Source: an uncultured virus (IMG/VR IMGVR_UViG_3300025410_000014)
Lineage: Duplodnaviria > Heunggongvirae > Uroviricota > Caudoviricetes
Reading direction: 5' to 3' (one strand)
Virus record (IMG/VR): IMGVR_UViG_3300025410_000014
Length of the DNA: 29,112 nt
The position numbers and the translations under genes were made by a program. The number at the start of each line of letters is the position of its first letter. Position 1 is the first letter of the stretch. Positions 1 through 7,740 of this stretch are shown piece by piece. The notes beneath the pieces are model-generated. The model was not told the DNA's origin, did no database searches, and saw only the letters and a program-made list of their open reading frames with translations.

Positions 1-21
1 GGCTAAAAGGCTAGGTCAAAA

Positions 22-1848
22 ATGAATCTAATAACCATAGATTTTGAAACGTACTACTCTAAAGAGTTTAGTCTATCCAAGATGACGACTGAAGAGTATG
101 TGCGACATGATGACTTTGAAGTTATCGGGGTATCCGTCAAGGAGAATGATGATGACGCTATTTGGTTTACTGGTGATGATGCTGAGATTGCTGAGTTTCT
201 TGGTCACTATGATTGGAGCAATTCTTTTGTACTTGCCCATAACGCTCAGTTTGACGGCGCTATTCTCACTTGGAGGTTTAATATTAAACCGAAGGCTTGG
301 CTTGACACATTGTGCATGGCACGTGCAACGCATGGGGTCGAGGTCGGTGGTAGTCTTGCGTTTCTTGTGGAAAAATATTCGTTGGGCGCAAAGGGGACAG
401 AGGTTGTTAGTGCCCTCGGAAAAAGACGCAATCATTTTAATGCTGATGATCTCCATGCATATGGTCGATATTGCATTAATGACGTGGAACTGACAAAGAA
501 GTTGTTCGATGTATTCATGAAGACTTTCCCGGCGAAGGAGTTAAAAGTCATTGATACAACTTTACGTATGTTCATTGAACCGACTCTGGAGCTAAACTTA
601 CCAATGCTTGAATCTCATTTAGAGAGTGTCAAGGATAAGAAAGCGCAGTTGTTACAAGCGGTGGATGCCGATAAAGATTCATTGATGAGCAACGACAAGT
701 TTGCTGAGTTGTTGACGATGCTGAAGGTTGACCCGCCCAAAAAGATTAGCGCACGCACAGGCAAAGAAGCATGGGCATTTGCTAAGACTGACGAGGAGTT
801 TAAGGAGTTGCTTGAGCATCCTGATCCAAGGGTGCAAGCGTTGGTGTCCGCACGGCTTGGTCTAAAGACTACGCTAGAAGAAACACGCACACAACGATTC
901 ATTGAGATTGCTTACAGGGGCAAGTTACCAGTACCCATAAAGTATTATGCGGCGCACACAGGTCGGTGGGGTGGTGACGATAAGATCAACCTACAAAATC
1001 TTCCTAGTCGTGGCAACAATGCGGGCAAGTTGAAGATGTCCATTGAAGCACCTGATGGGTATGTGATTATTGATTGTGATTCTGCTCAGATCGAAGCACG
1101 CACACTGGCGTGGTTAGCGGGGCAAAATGATTTAGTGGAGGCATTTGAGAATGGCGAGGATGTTTACAAGATCATGGCATCGGCTATCTACAACAAGAAA
1201 GCAGAAGATGTCACAAAAGAAGAGCGGTTCGTTGGCAAGACGACAATCCTCGGTGCGGGGTACGGGATGGGAGCGGTTAAGTTTAGTGCGCAACTTAAAA
1301 ATTTTGGCACAGACATTGGGGAACAGGAGTCAAAGCATATTATCGAGACGTATCGCAAAACGTACCCTAAAATTGTTGATCTTTGGCGAGAGTCACAGAA
1401 GTGTCTGAACGCTATCGTGTCGGGTAATGCAAGTACATTTGGTGCAGTTGATGCGGTTAAGTTTGACCCAATAGAGAAAGGGTTTCTACTGCCTAGTGGA
1501 CTGTGGCAACGATACGATACTCTCGAAAAGACATTTGATGCTGATGGCAAAGAGCAGTATCAATACAAGACACGCAAGGGTATGGTCAAAATCTATGGGG
1601 GTAAAGTCGTAGAGAACATATGCCAAGCAGTTGCACGATGTGTTATTGCCGAACAGATGTTGATGATCGCCAAGAAATACAAGGTTGTACTGACTGTGCA
1701 CGATGCGGTGGCTTGCATCGCACCACAAGCAGAAGCTGATGAAGCTAGAGCGTACGTAGAAACATGTATGCGTTGGAGACCTGATTGGGCGAAGGCCCTA
1801 CCTTTGAACTGCGAGTCAGGCATGGGCAAGAACTATGGAGAGTGTTGA
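22..1848 (+). CDS. polA: DNA polymerase, family A (3'-5' exonuclease plus polymerase domains), phage type
   Basis: ExoI-like IDFET, ExoII-like AHNAQFD, ExoIII-like YCINDV; HTGRWGG...NLQNLP; motif A DSAQIEAR; motif B RFVGKTTILGAGYG; motif C TVHDA. No 5'-3' exonuclease domain. Confidence 0.95.
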   Translation: MNLITIDFETYYSKEFSLSKMTTEEYVRHDDFEVIGVSVKENDDDAIWFTGDDAEIAEFLGHYDWSNSFVLAHNAQFDGAILTWRFNIKPKAWLDTLCMARATHGVEVGGSLAFLVEKYSLGAKGTEVVSALGKRRNHFNADDLHAYGRYCINDVELTKKLFDVFMKTFPAKELKVIDTTLRMFIEPTLELNLPMLESHLESVKDKKAQLLQAVDADKDSLMSNDKFAELLTMLKVDPPKKISARTGKEAWAFAKTDEEFKELLEHPDPRVQALVSARLGLKTTLEETRTQRFIEIAYRGKLPVPIKYYAAHTGRWGGDDKINLQNLPSRGNNAGKLKMSIEAPDGYVIIDCDSAQIEARTLAWLAGQNDLVEAFENGEDVYKIMASAIYNKKAEDVTKEERFVGKTTILGAGYGMGAVKFSAQLKNFGTDIGEQESKHIIETYRKTYPKIVDLWRESQKCLNAIVSGNASTFGAVDAVKFDPIEKGFLLPSGLWQRYDTLEKTFDADGKEQYQYKTRKGMVKIYGGKVVENICQAVARCVIAEQMLMIAKKYKVVLTVHDAVACIAPQAEADEARAYVETCMRWRPDWAKALPLNCESGMGKNYGEC

Positions 1849-2030
1849 TGTATAACTTTATGAGCATGACTAAACAAGTCCATAAAAAACCGCCATCACG
1901 GGAGTTATGTTTGTTCTTGGCTAAAAGATTTGCTGAGATGAATATAAAAACAGTTCAGAATCTATCATGGCACTATTTGTTTTGCTATGTAATGTACGAC
2001 CATTGGATTGAGGAGTATTGGAATGACTGA
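1848..2030 (+). CDS. hypothetical protein (60 aa)
   Basis: Start re-called at ATG 1848, which overlaps the polA stop (TGATG) and has GGAG at 1837-1840. The ORF track starts it at 1785, inside polA. Confidence 0.6.
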   Translation: MYNFMSMTKQVHKKPPSRELCLFLAKRFAEMNIKTVQNLSWHYLFCYVMYDHWIEEYWND

Positions 2031-2130
2031 TGCATTAGTTTGGGCACTAGCATTTGGTGCAGTTATTGCCGTAGTGTTGTACGCTATGGTGTTGGCGTGG
2101 ATGTTTATACAGGAGCATAAAGATGACTAA
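2023..2130 (+). CDS. small single-pass membrane protein (35 aa, MTDALVWALAFGAVIAVVLYAMVLAWMFIQEHKDD)
   Basis: Not in the ORF track. GAGGAG RBS at 2010-2015, one long hydrophobic stretch, and it fills the gap between its neighbours with 8-bp overlaps at both ends. Confidence 0.7.
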   Translation: MTDALVWALAFGAVIAVVLYAMVLAWMFIQEHKDD

Positions 2131-2320
2131 AGAAGAAATTATTGAGATGGCTAAAGAAGTTAATCTGCCGTATTTTTGGGAATCAGGTATGCCGTGCAAC
2201 TTAGAGGCATTAAAATCTTTTGCCACATTGGTAGCAGAAAAAGCAACGGCTAAACTTAGGGCTAATATAAAAATTAACCAAAAGAATTTGTTGCAAAAGC
2301 TAACAAGGGAACAAGAATGA
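2123..2320 (+). CDS. hypothetical phage protein (MTKEEIIEMAKE...LKSFATLVA type)
   Basis: AGGAG RBS at 2111-2115; ATGA overlap with the next gene. Confidence 0.75.
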   Translation: MTKEEIIEMAKEVNLPYFWESGMPCNLEALKSFATLVAEKATAKLRANIKINQKNLLQKLTREQE

Positions 2321-2724
2321 CTGACGAAGAAATACACAACATTTATTTGCACATGAGTGGCAAAGCAGAGGGGTTGGTTGAAGCGACTGGCAACGCTGAC
2401 TTTCCTGTATTGTTTGCTAGAGCAATCCTTGAGTACGAAGGAATGACAAAAGATATGCAAAACATGGCATCTAAATCTACTTATAAAGAACAACTAGAAA
2501 CAAAAGATGAGCCTGTTGGTAAGTTTGCAAAGTTTACTGATGGTATATGGAGAGAAGTAACTGATTATTCTGCGGGAATTCCTCTTTACACCACACCACA
2601 AAGCACATGGGTAGGACTGACAGAAGATGAAATCAAAGAATGCTTTGCCATAACTCCTGATCAGTTTTTGCCGTGGCAAATCTACAAAAGAATTGAAATT
2701 AAGCTGAAGGAACGCAACACATGA
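2317..2724 (+). CDS. mosaic hypothetical protein with C-terminal WVGLT...KLKERNT module
   Basis: ORF coupled by ATGA overlaps at both ends; carries the repeated module. Confidence 0.8.
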   Translation: MTDEEIHNIYLHMSGKAEGLVEATGNADFPVLFARAILEYEGMTKDMQNMASKSTYKEQLETKDEPVGKFAKFTDGIWREVTDYSAGIPLYTTPQSTWVGLTEDEIKECFAITPDQFLPWQIYKRIEIKLKERNT

Positions 2725-2978
2725 GATTGTCCACAATCAACAAGTACGAGCTTGTACTGCACGATTTACCAATGTGTGCGATATGCAACAAACCTGTAGA
2801 AAAGGTTGAGTCGATGTACGACATTGTTTACGGAGCAAAAAGATTTCGTGTGCACTGCCACGGTGACATGGAAGAGGCAATGCTTGATGATGTTCTGATT
2901 GAAGACTGCGCTAGTGTGCAGTTTGGTCAAGCATTTATTGACAAATTACCGCAGAAACAATTGGAGAAAAACACATGA
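2721..2978 (+). CDS. hypothetical protein, possible Zn-binding (CAIC...HCHG)
   Basis: AAGGAA RBS within the upstream junction motif; CxxC plus CH; ends in EKNT. Confidence 0.75.
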   Translation: MRLSTINKYELVLHDLPMCAICNKPVEKVESMYDIVYGAKRFRVHCHGDMEEAMLDDVLIEDCASVQFGQAFIDKLPQKQLEKNT

Positions 2979-3157
2979 GTGAACAAGAACGCAGTGAATT
3001 ATGTTCTAACTATGGTGGCTTTTGCAAAAAAGAATGGGTAGGACTGACTGAAGAAGATTTAAAACTACTATCTGCTGAATGGCGAATTGTTTATGGAGCG
3101 TGGACGCATGACTTTGCCAGAGAAATTGAAGCCAAACTCAAGGAGAAGAACACATGA
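2975..3157 (+). CDS. hypothetical protein consisting mostly of the WVGLT...EAKLKEKNT module
   Basis: GGAG RBS, ATGA overlaps, repeated module. Confidence 0.8.
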   Translation: MSEQERSELCSNYGGFCKKEWVGLTEEDLKLLSAEWRIVYGAWTHDFAREIEAKLKEKNT

Positions 3158-3639
3158 CTAAAGAAGCATTACAAATTGCATTAAATGCGTTGACTGATTT
3201 TGACTACGACAAACGCATCAAGGCTATTGAATCTATCAAAGAAGCATTAAAAACAAAAAACGAATATGAGCGTGGCTTTATTGATGGTATGCAAAAGCAA
3301 ATGCAATCAAGTGTAGACAAGGCGGTCAACGCAATGGGCAACACACGCCCTTGGTACACCATTGATGAACTAAATGCGTGGGCTGACAAGTACCAAAATG
3401 AGCAGTGGCATAAAGCCGCAATCAGGCTTGGCGAGAAGTTGGCATCTGTTGGGCCTGTTGGCTATTACGAAATGGACGCAAAAGAATGGCTTGATTGGGC
3501 TATGTCAACCGTAAAAACTCGCACATGGGTAGGACTCACAGATGAGGAAATTGAAACCATTTATGCAGAGTGCAATGTATGGGACAAATTTGAATACGAG
3601 CGAATGCTTGAAGCCAAACTAAAGGAGCGCAACACATGA
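3154..3639 (+). CDS. mosaic hypothetical protein with C-terminal WVGLT...EAKLKERNT module
   Basis: AAGGAG RBS, ATGA overlaps, repeated module. Confidence 0.8.
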   Translation: MTKEALQIALNALTDFDYDKRIKAIESIKEALKTKNEYERGFIDGMQKQMQSSVDKAVNAMGNTRPWYTIDELNAWADKYQNEQWHKAAIRLGEKLASVGPVGYYEMDAKEWLDWAMSTVKTRTWVGLTDEEIETIYAECNVWDKFEYERMLEAKLKERNT

Positions 3640-3884
3640 ATTGGTTACCAGAACACAAGTGCGGTTTATATCTAACCCACAATGAGCATCGAGATGTTTA
3701 TGAAACAGTCGAGGAGTGTTATAACCCTGACTATTTTGTATCCAAAGAGGAGTGGGAAAAAGCTATTGCTGAGGATAATGTTTGGGTGTTGCAGTGGTAT
3801 CCACACACACCTATTGGGTTTAATATTATTGCCGCATCATCACTAGAAGTTATTCAAGCCAAGTTGAAGGAACGCAACACATGA
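3636..3884 (+). CDS. hypothetical protein ending in QAKLKERNT
   Basis: AAGGAG RBS, ATGA overlaps. Confidence 0.8.
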   Translation: MNWLPEHKCGLYLTHNEHRDVYETVEECYNPDYFVSKEEWEKAIAEDNVWVLQWYPHTPIGFNIIAASSLEVIQAKLKERNT

Positions 3885-4078
3885 CTGAAGAAGATGAAGA
3901 GTTTGAGCGCATTGCAAAAGCTAATCAACACAGGGCATTTCTAAATGCATCGAACAAAGAACCAAGATGGAAAGATCATACAACAAAATGCCCAAACTGC
4001 GCTAAGATGGAAGAAGACATTGCCGTGTTGATGAAACGCCTTGAACGGGCACTATCGGAAAAAAATGAATTGTCCTAA
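3881..4078 (+). CDS. hypothetical protein with CPNC and a C-terminal coiled coil
   Basis: Starts at the last junction motif. Confidence 0.7.
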   Translation: MTEEDEEFERIAKANQHRAFLNASNKEPRWKDHTTKCPNCAKMEEDIAVLMKRLERALSEKNELS

Positions 4079-4241
4079 ATGTGGTGCATGGAGTATTGTA
4101 AAGTACACTAAGACACCAGTACGCAGAAGAGAGTGCGCCAATGAACATAGATTCACTACACAAGAAATCTGCATTGACGATAAGATGCACCAACAAAAAG
4201 TAGAGCGCATGAATAAAAATAGAAAGAACAAGAATGGATGA
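4065..4241 (+). CDS. NrdR N-terminal-like zinc ribbon protein (no ATP cone)
   Basis: MNCPKCG...VRRRECANEHRFTTQE matches the NrdR N-terminal pattern CPxC...RRRxC...RFTTxE. Start re-called to ATG 4065. Confidence 0.75.
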   Translation: MNCPKCGAWSIVKYTKTPVRRRECANEHRFTTQEICIDDKMHQQKVERMNKNRKNKNG

Positions 4242-4437
4242 GAATGATGAACACATGAGAGATTTAATGGCGATGTTTGCAATGTGTGGGCTAATCTCCC
4301 ATGAAGGGCAACGTCCTAATACTGTGCAAACCGCTTATGACCTAGCAGATGCAATGATGGATTATCGTAAGAACTTGGATGATGGCATTGCATCTATAAC
4401 ATCGAAAAGAAAATATGAGCGAAGAGCAAAAGATTAA
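4234..4437 (+). CDS. conserved small phage protein (RDxxAxxAMxG...AYxxADAM type)
   Basis: Recognisable motif MRDLMAMFAMCGL...AYDLADAMM. Confidence 0.75.
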   Translation: MDENDEHMRDLMAMFAMCGLISHEGQRPNTVQTAYDLADAMMDYRKNLDDGIASITSKRKYERRAKD

Positions 4438-5104
4438 GTACACGTGGTCGTATTCGAGCCTTGACTTGTACAAGCAGTGCCCGCACAAGTATTACCGCTT
4501 GCGTGTAAAGAAAGATGTGGTTGACCCTGAAAGCGATCAGAAGAACTATGGAACTGAGTTTCATACGGCGGCTGAAGAGTTCATCAGGGATGGCAAGCCG
4601 TTGCCACAACGCTTTGAATTTACACGTGAGCTTCTTGAGCTACTCCGTAAGAGGACAGGACAACATCTTTGTGAGAATAAGCTAGGATTGACTCGTAGCC
4701 TGGAGCCATGTAGTTTCTTCTCAAAAGATGTTTGGTGGCGTGGTATCGTGGACTTGATTACCTTGCAAGATGATCGTGCTTTTGTGGTGGACTACAAGAC
4801 TGGGCGTACAAGCAAGTATGCGGACACAAAGCAGTTGGAGATCATGTCCCTTGCCGTGTTCAAGCATTACCCACAGGTCAAGAAGATCAAGGCGGGGTTG
4901 CTGTTCGTCATTGCAAATGACTTTGTCAAAGCGGATTACGATGTAAAAGATTCGGGTATTTATTGGCAGAACTGGATTACGGATACAAACAGGTTAGAAA
5001 AATCAATAGAACTTGATGTATGGAATCCAAGACCTAACTTTACGTGCAAAGGTTGGTGTCCAGTTAAAGATTGTGCACATAACGGCAAGGGGTACTACAA
5101 ATGA
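4415..5104 (+). CDS. PD-(D/E)XK exonuclease, Cas4/AddB-like
   Basis: WSYSSL...QCP, GTEFH, GIVDL...VVDYKTG, QLEIM and C-terminal CKGWCPVKDC (1+3 Cys arrangement). Confidence 0.88.
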   Translation: MSEEQKIKYTWSYSSLDLYKQCPHKYYRLRVKKDVVDPESDQKNYGTEFHTAAEEFIRDGKPLPQRFEFTRELLELLRKRTGQHLCENKLGLTRSLEPCSFFSKDVWWRGIVDLITLQDDRAFVVDYKTGRTSKYADTKQLEIMSLAVFKHYPQVKKIKAGLLFVIANDFVKADYDVKDSGIYWQNWITDTNRLEKSIELDVWNPRPNFTCKGWCPVKDCAHNGKGYYK

Positions 5105-5424
5105 TTGATGTAAAACTGAGTGACTCAGGCATTGAAGGTGCAGGTATATTCCACGACTTGCGATACACCAATGACCGAAATAATGGTAATCAAAACCAAA
5201 TAACATTTGGTATAAAAAATGAATCAGGTAATGAGATACAAGCTGAAATTACATTAAGTGTATTCGACAATAGAACAAAGAAGTATAGACATGATGTGCA
5301 CAAACTAGAGAGTCTTTATGGAATAAAACTGACCATCAGAGGTGCTATTGAGCATAACGACTTTTTGAATATGTTGCAATTGATCTTGGAAGCTGAGAAA
5401 ATGGTAGATATCATTAAACCTTAA
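5101..5424 (+). CDS. hypothetical protein, AT-rich
   Basis: 107-aa ORF with ATGA overlap to the nuclease gene; no recognisable motif. Confidence 0.7.
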   Translation: MIDVKLSDSGIEGAGIFHDLRYTNDRNNGNQNQITFGIKNESGNEIQAEITLSVFDNRTKKYRHDVHKLESLYGIKLTIRGAIEHNDFLNMLQLILEAEKMVDIIKP

Positions 5425-5434
5425 CGAGGTAATC

Positions 5435-5737
5435 ATGGGAACAACTAAAAAGACAGGCCGTAAATATGCTGAGGCAGCTCAATACGAAGACACACCGGAA
5501 CAAGTTAAACATCGTGAAGAACGCAACAAATTGCGGTATAAGTTTTTGAAAGAAGGCAAAGTCAAAAAGGGTGACAAAAAAGATGTTGCTCATAAACTTG
5601 CATTGGACAAAGGTGGTAGCAACAAGCAAGGTGCATTTGTGCAAAGCGAGTTTGGCAATCGTTCGTTCAAGCGGGACTCAAAGGGCAACTTAGTGTCGGA
5701 GATAAGCGTTAAAGAACGCAAGATGAAAAGAAAATAA
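5435..5737 (+). CDS. small basic HNH-like (beta-beta-alpha) endonuclease-fold protein
   Basis: GAGGT RBS; KDVAH...LDKGGSN...VQSEFGNRS resembles the H-N-N core. Confidence 0.6.
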   Translation: MGTTKKTGRKYAEAAQYEDTPEQVKHREERNKLRYKFLKEGKVKKGDKKDVAHKLALDKGGSNKQGAFVQSEFGNRSFKRDSKGNLVSEISVKERKMKRK

Positions 5738-5738
5738 A

Positions 5739-7286
5739 GTGCAAATTATTGACAACAAAGCGTTATTAATTAAAGTACGTGACCCTAACCGCATAACTGC
5801 GGTGATACCAAAATCAAAAGTGGTTGGGCAAAACGAAGTGCTAGTGAAGTGGGGGTTGGAAGAGGCGCAAGTATTAAAAAACATGCGTATCAAGAATGTT
5901 CCATCGCCTATTGAAATGGACTACCAATGGACAGGGATATATAAACCCTTTGACCATCAGAAGACCACAGCATCTTTCCTCACGTTACATCGCCGTGCAT
6001 TTTGTTTTAACGAACAAGGCACAGGTAAAACATCGTCTGTGATATGGGCGGTGGACTACTTGATGAACAAGGGTGTCATCAAGAAAGTTCTTGTGTTGTG
6101 CCCACTATCCATCATGCAGTCTGCATGGGAGGCTGACCTCTTTAAGTTTGCAATGCATCGCACATGTGCTATCGCTCACAGTTACTCAAAAGAAAAACGC
6201 ATTGAGGCAGTGCGCAGTCAAGCTGAGTTTGTGATATGCAACTATGATGGGTTAGAGATTATCAAAGACGAAGTCATAAGCCAACAGTTTGATCTCATTG
6301 TCATTGATGAGGCTAACGCTTATAAGAATGTAAGCACAAAAAGATTTAAAGTTCTTAACTCAATCATCAAGCCCGATACATGGGTATGGATGTTGACAGG
6401 AACTCCTGCATCTCAGTCGCCTACTGATGCGTATGGGTTGGCAAAAATTATTAACCCATCAGGTGTGCCTAAATTCTATGGTGCGTTTAGGGACATGGTC
6501 ATGATGAAGATAACCACGTTCAAGTGGATACCCAAGCCTACATCAGAAAAAATACTTCATGATGTGCTACAACCTGCAATACGTTTTACAAAGGAGGAAT
6601 GCTTGGATTTACCAGAAATGACGTACGTGACTAGGCATGTACCTTTGACTACACAGCAGATGAAGTACTACGAAGCCATACGCAAACAAATGACCACAGT
6701 TGCGGCGGGTGAGGAGATAACCACAGTAAATGCGGCGGCTAATCTAAACAAGTTATTGCAACTATCATGCGGGGCAGTATATAGCGATAGCGGTGAAACA
6801 GTTGCATTTGACGCAAAGAATCGCATGAGTGCGTTACTCGAAGTCATCGAAGAAGCAAGTCACAAAGTAATTATCTTTGCACCATTTAAACATGCTATCG
6901 ACATCATCGCAGAAGAACTAACCAAAAATCAAATCCCTAACGAAACAATTCATGGAGGTGTATCGGCAACTAAACGCACAGAAATATTTTCAAAATTCCA
7001 AACAGAAAAAAATCCACAGGTGCTTGTCATTCAACCACAGGCCGCTGCGCATGGAGTTACACTTCACGCCGCTAATGTTGTTGTATGGTGGGGGCCAATC
7101 ACATCAATAGAGACTTATCTACAAGCTAATGCACGTGTGCATAGGGCTGGGCAACGTAACCCATGTACTGTCGTTCACCTAGAGGGAAGTCCCGTTGAGA
7201 AAAAAGTTTACAAAATGTTATCAGAAAAAGTAGACATTCATACTAGGCTGATAGATTTATATAAAAATATTTTAGGAGACACTTGA
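5739..7286 (+). CDS. SNF2-family (SF2) helicase
   Basis: GTG start; motif I EQGTGKT, Ia VLCPLS, II VIDEAN, III LTGTP, V AAHGVTL, VI QANARVHRAGQ. Confidence 0.92.
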   Translation: MQIIDNKALLIKVRDPNRITAVIPKSKVVGQNEVLVKWGLEEAQVLKNMRIKNVPSPIEMDYQWTGIYKPFDHQKTTASFLTLHRRAFCFNEQGTGKTSSVIWAVDYLMNKGVIKKVLVLCPLSIMQSAWEADLFKFAMHRTCAIAHSYSKEKRIEAVRSQAEFVICNYDGLEIIKDEVISQQFDLIVIDEANAYKNVSTKRFKVLNSIIKPDTWVWMLTGTPASQSPTDAYGLAKIINPSGVPKFYGAFRDMVMMKITTFKWIPKPTSEKILHDVLQPAIRFTKEECLDLPEMTYVTRHVPLTTQQMKYYEAIRKQMTTVAAGEEITTVNAAANLNKLLQLSCGAVYSDSGETVAFDAKNRMSALLEVIEEASHKVIIFAPFKHAIDIIAEELTKNQIPNETIHGGVSATKRTEIFSKFQTEKNPQVLVIQPQAAAHGVTLHAANVVVWWGPITSIETYLQANARVHRAGQRNPCTVVHLEGSPVEKKVYKMLSEKVDIHTRLIDLYKNILGDT

Positions 7287-7311
7287 CAAAGTAAAGTAAT
7301 GCCTATATATT
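7283..7311 (+). promoter_or_regulatory. sigma70-type promoter
   Basis: TTGACA (7283-7288), 17-bp spacer, TATATT (7306-7311); followed by the AAGGAG RBS (7327-7332) of ORF 7339. Confidence 0.8.
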
Positions 7312-7338
7312 TGAGATACAAACAAAAAGGAGTGCACT

Positions 7339-7731
7339 ATGACTGAAGTAACTGAAGAAGCAACAGCAGAGAGATTAGCAAAAATCTATACTAAAATTAG
7401 AGACAAACGCAAGGAGCTTGAAAAAGAAGTTAGCGAGCTAAAAGAAAAACAAGATGTCATAGCCAAGGAACTACTTGAGTTATGCAAAGAGCAAGGCGTT
7501 ACCACAATGCGCACTGCTTACGGCACTATATCTAAAAGGGTAACCAAGAACTACTGGACTAGTGATTGGGAATCTTTCTTCAAATTCATTAAAGAGAACG
7601 ATGCCTTTTCGTTGATGCAACAACGTATCAATAACTCGAACATGGCACAATTTCTTTCTGAAAACCCCGATGTGCTTCCGCCGGGTCTAAATGCGGACAC
7701 AACACAAACCATCGTAATTATCAAACGCTAG
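7339..7731 (+). CDS. conserved phage replication-module protein with N-terminal coiled coil
   Basis: Strong RBS; coiled-coil N-terminus; lies between the helicase and the SSB-like gene. Confidence 0.8.
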   Translation: MTEVTEEATAERLAKIYTKIRDKRKELEKEVSELKEKQDVIAKELLELCKEQGVTTMRTAYGTISKRVTKNYWTSDWESFFKFIKENDAFSLMQQRINNSNMAQFLSENPDVLPPGLNADTTQTIVIIKR

Positions 7732-7740
7732 GAGTTATAA

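Larger units (their letters stand above)
2603..3884 (+). repeat. dispersed repeats: five gene-junction motifs ending AACACATGA and three TGGGTAGGACT motifs
   Basis: AACACATGA at 2716-2724, 2970-2978, 3149-3157, 3631-3639 and 3876-3884. TGGGTAGGACT starts at 2608, 3035 and 3526. 2603-2618 is identical to 3521-3536. Confidence 0.95.

Noticed and set aside
2047..2493. 148-aa minus-strand ORF and other antisense ORFs across both gene blocks
   Set aside because: They lie opposite well-supported, RBS-bearing, tightly tiled genes and have no recognisable motifs.
2692..3884. CRISPR array or integron attC array as the explanation for the repeats
   Set aside because: The repeats are degenerate, in-frame coding, non-palindromic and spaced 179-482 bp apart. 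No integrase or cas operon is in the window.
4250..4258. Sixth AACACATGA occurrence
   Set aside because: It lacks the upstream KLKE/AAGGA part and no substantial ORF ends there. It could be a relic or alternative start but is unsupported.
4415..5104. Calling the nuclease a CRISPR-associated cas4
   Set aside because: There is no CRISPR array or other cas genes; solo Cas4-like nucleases are common in phage replication modules.
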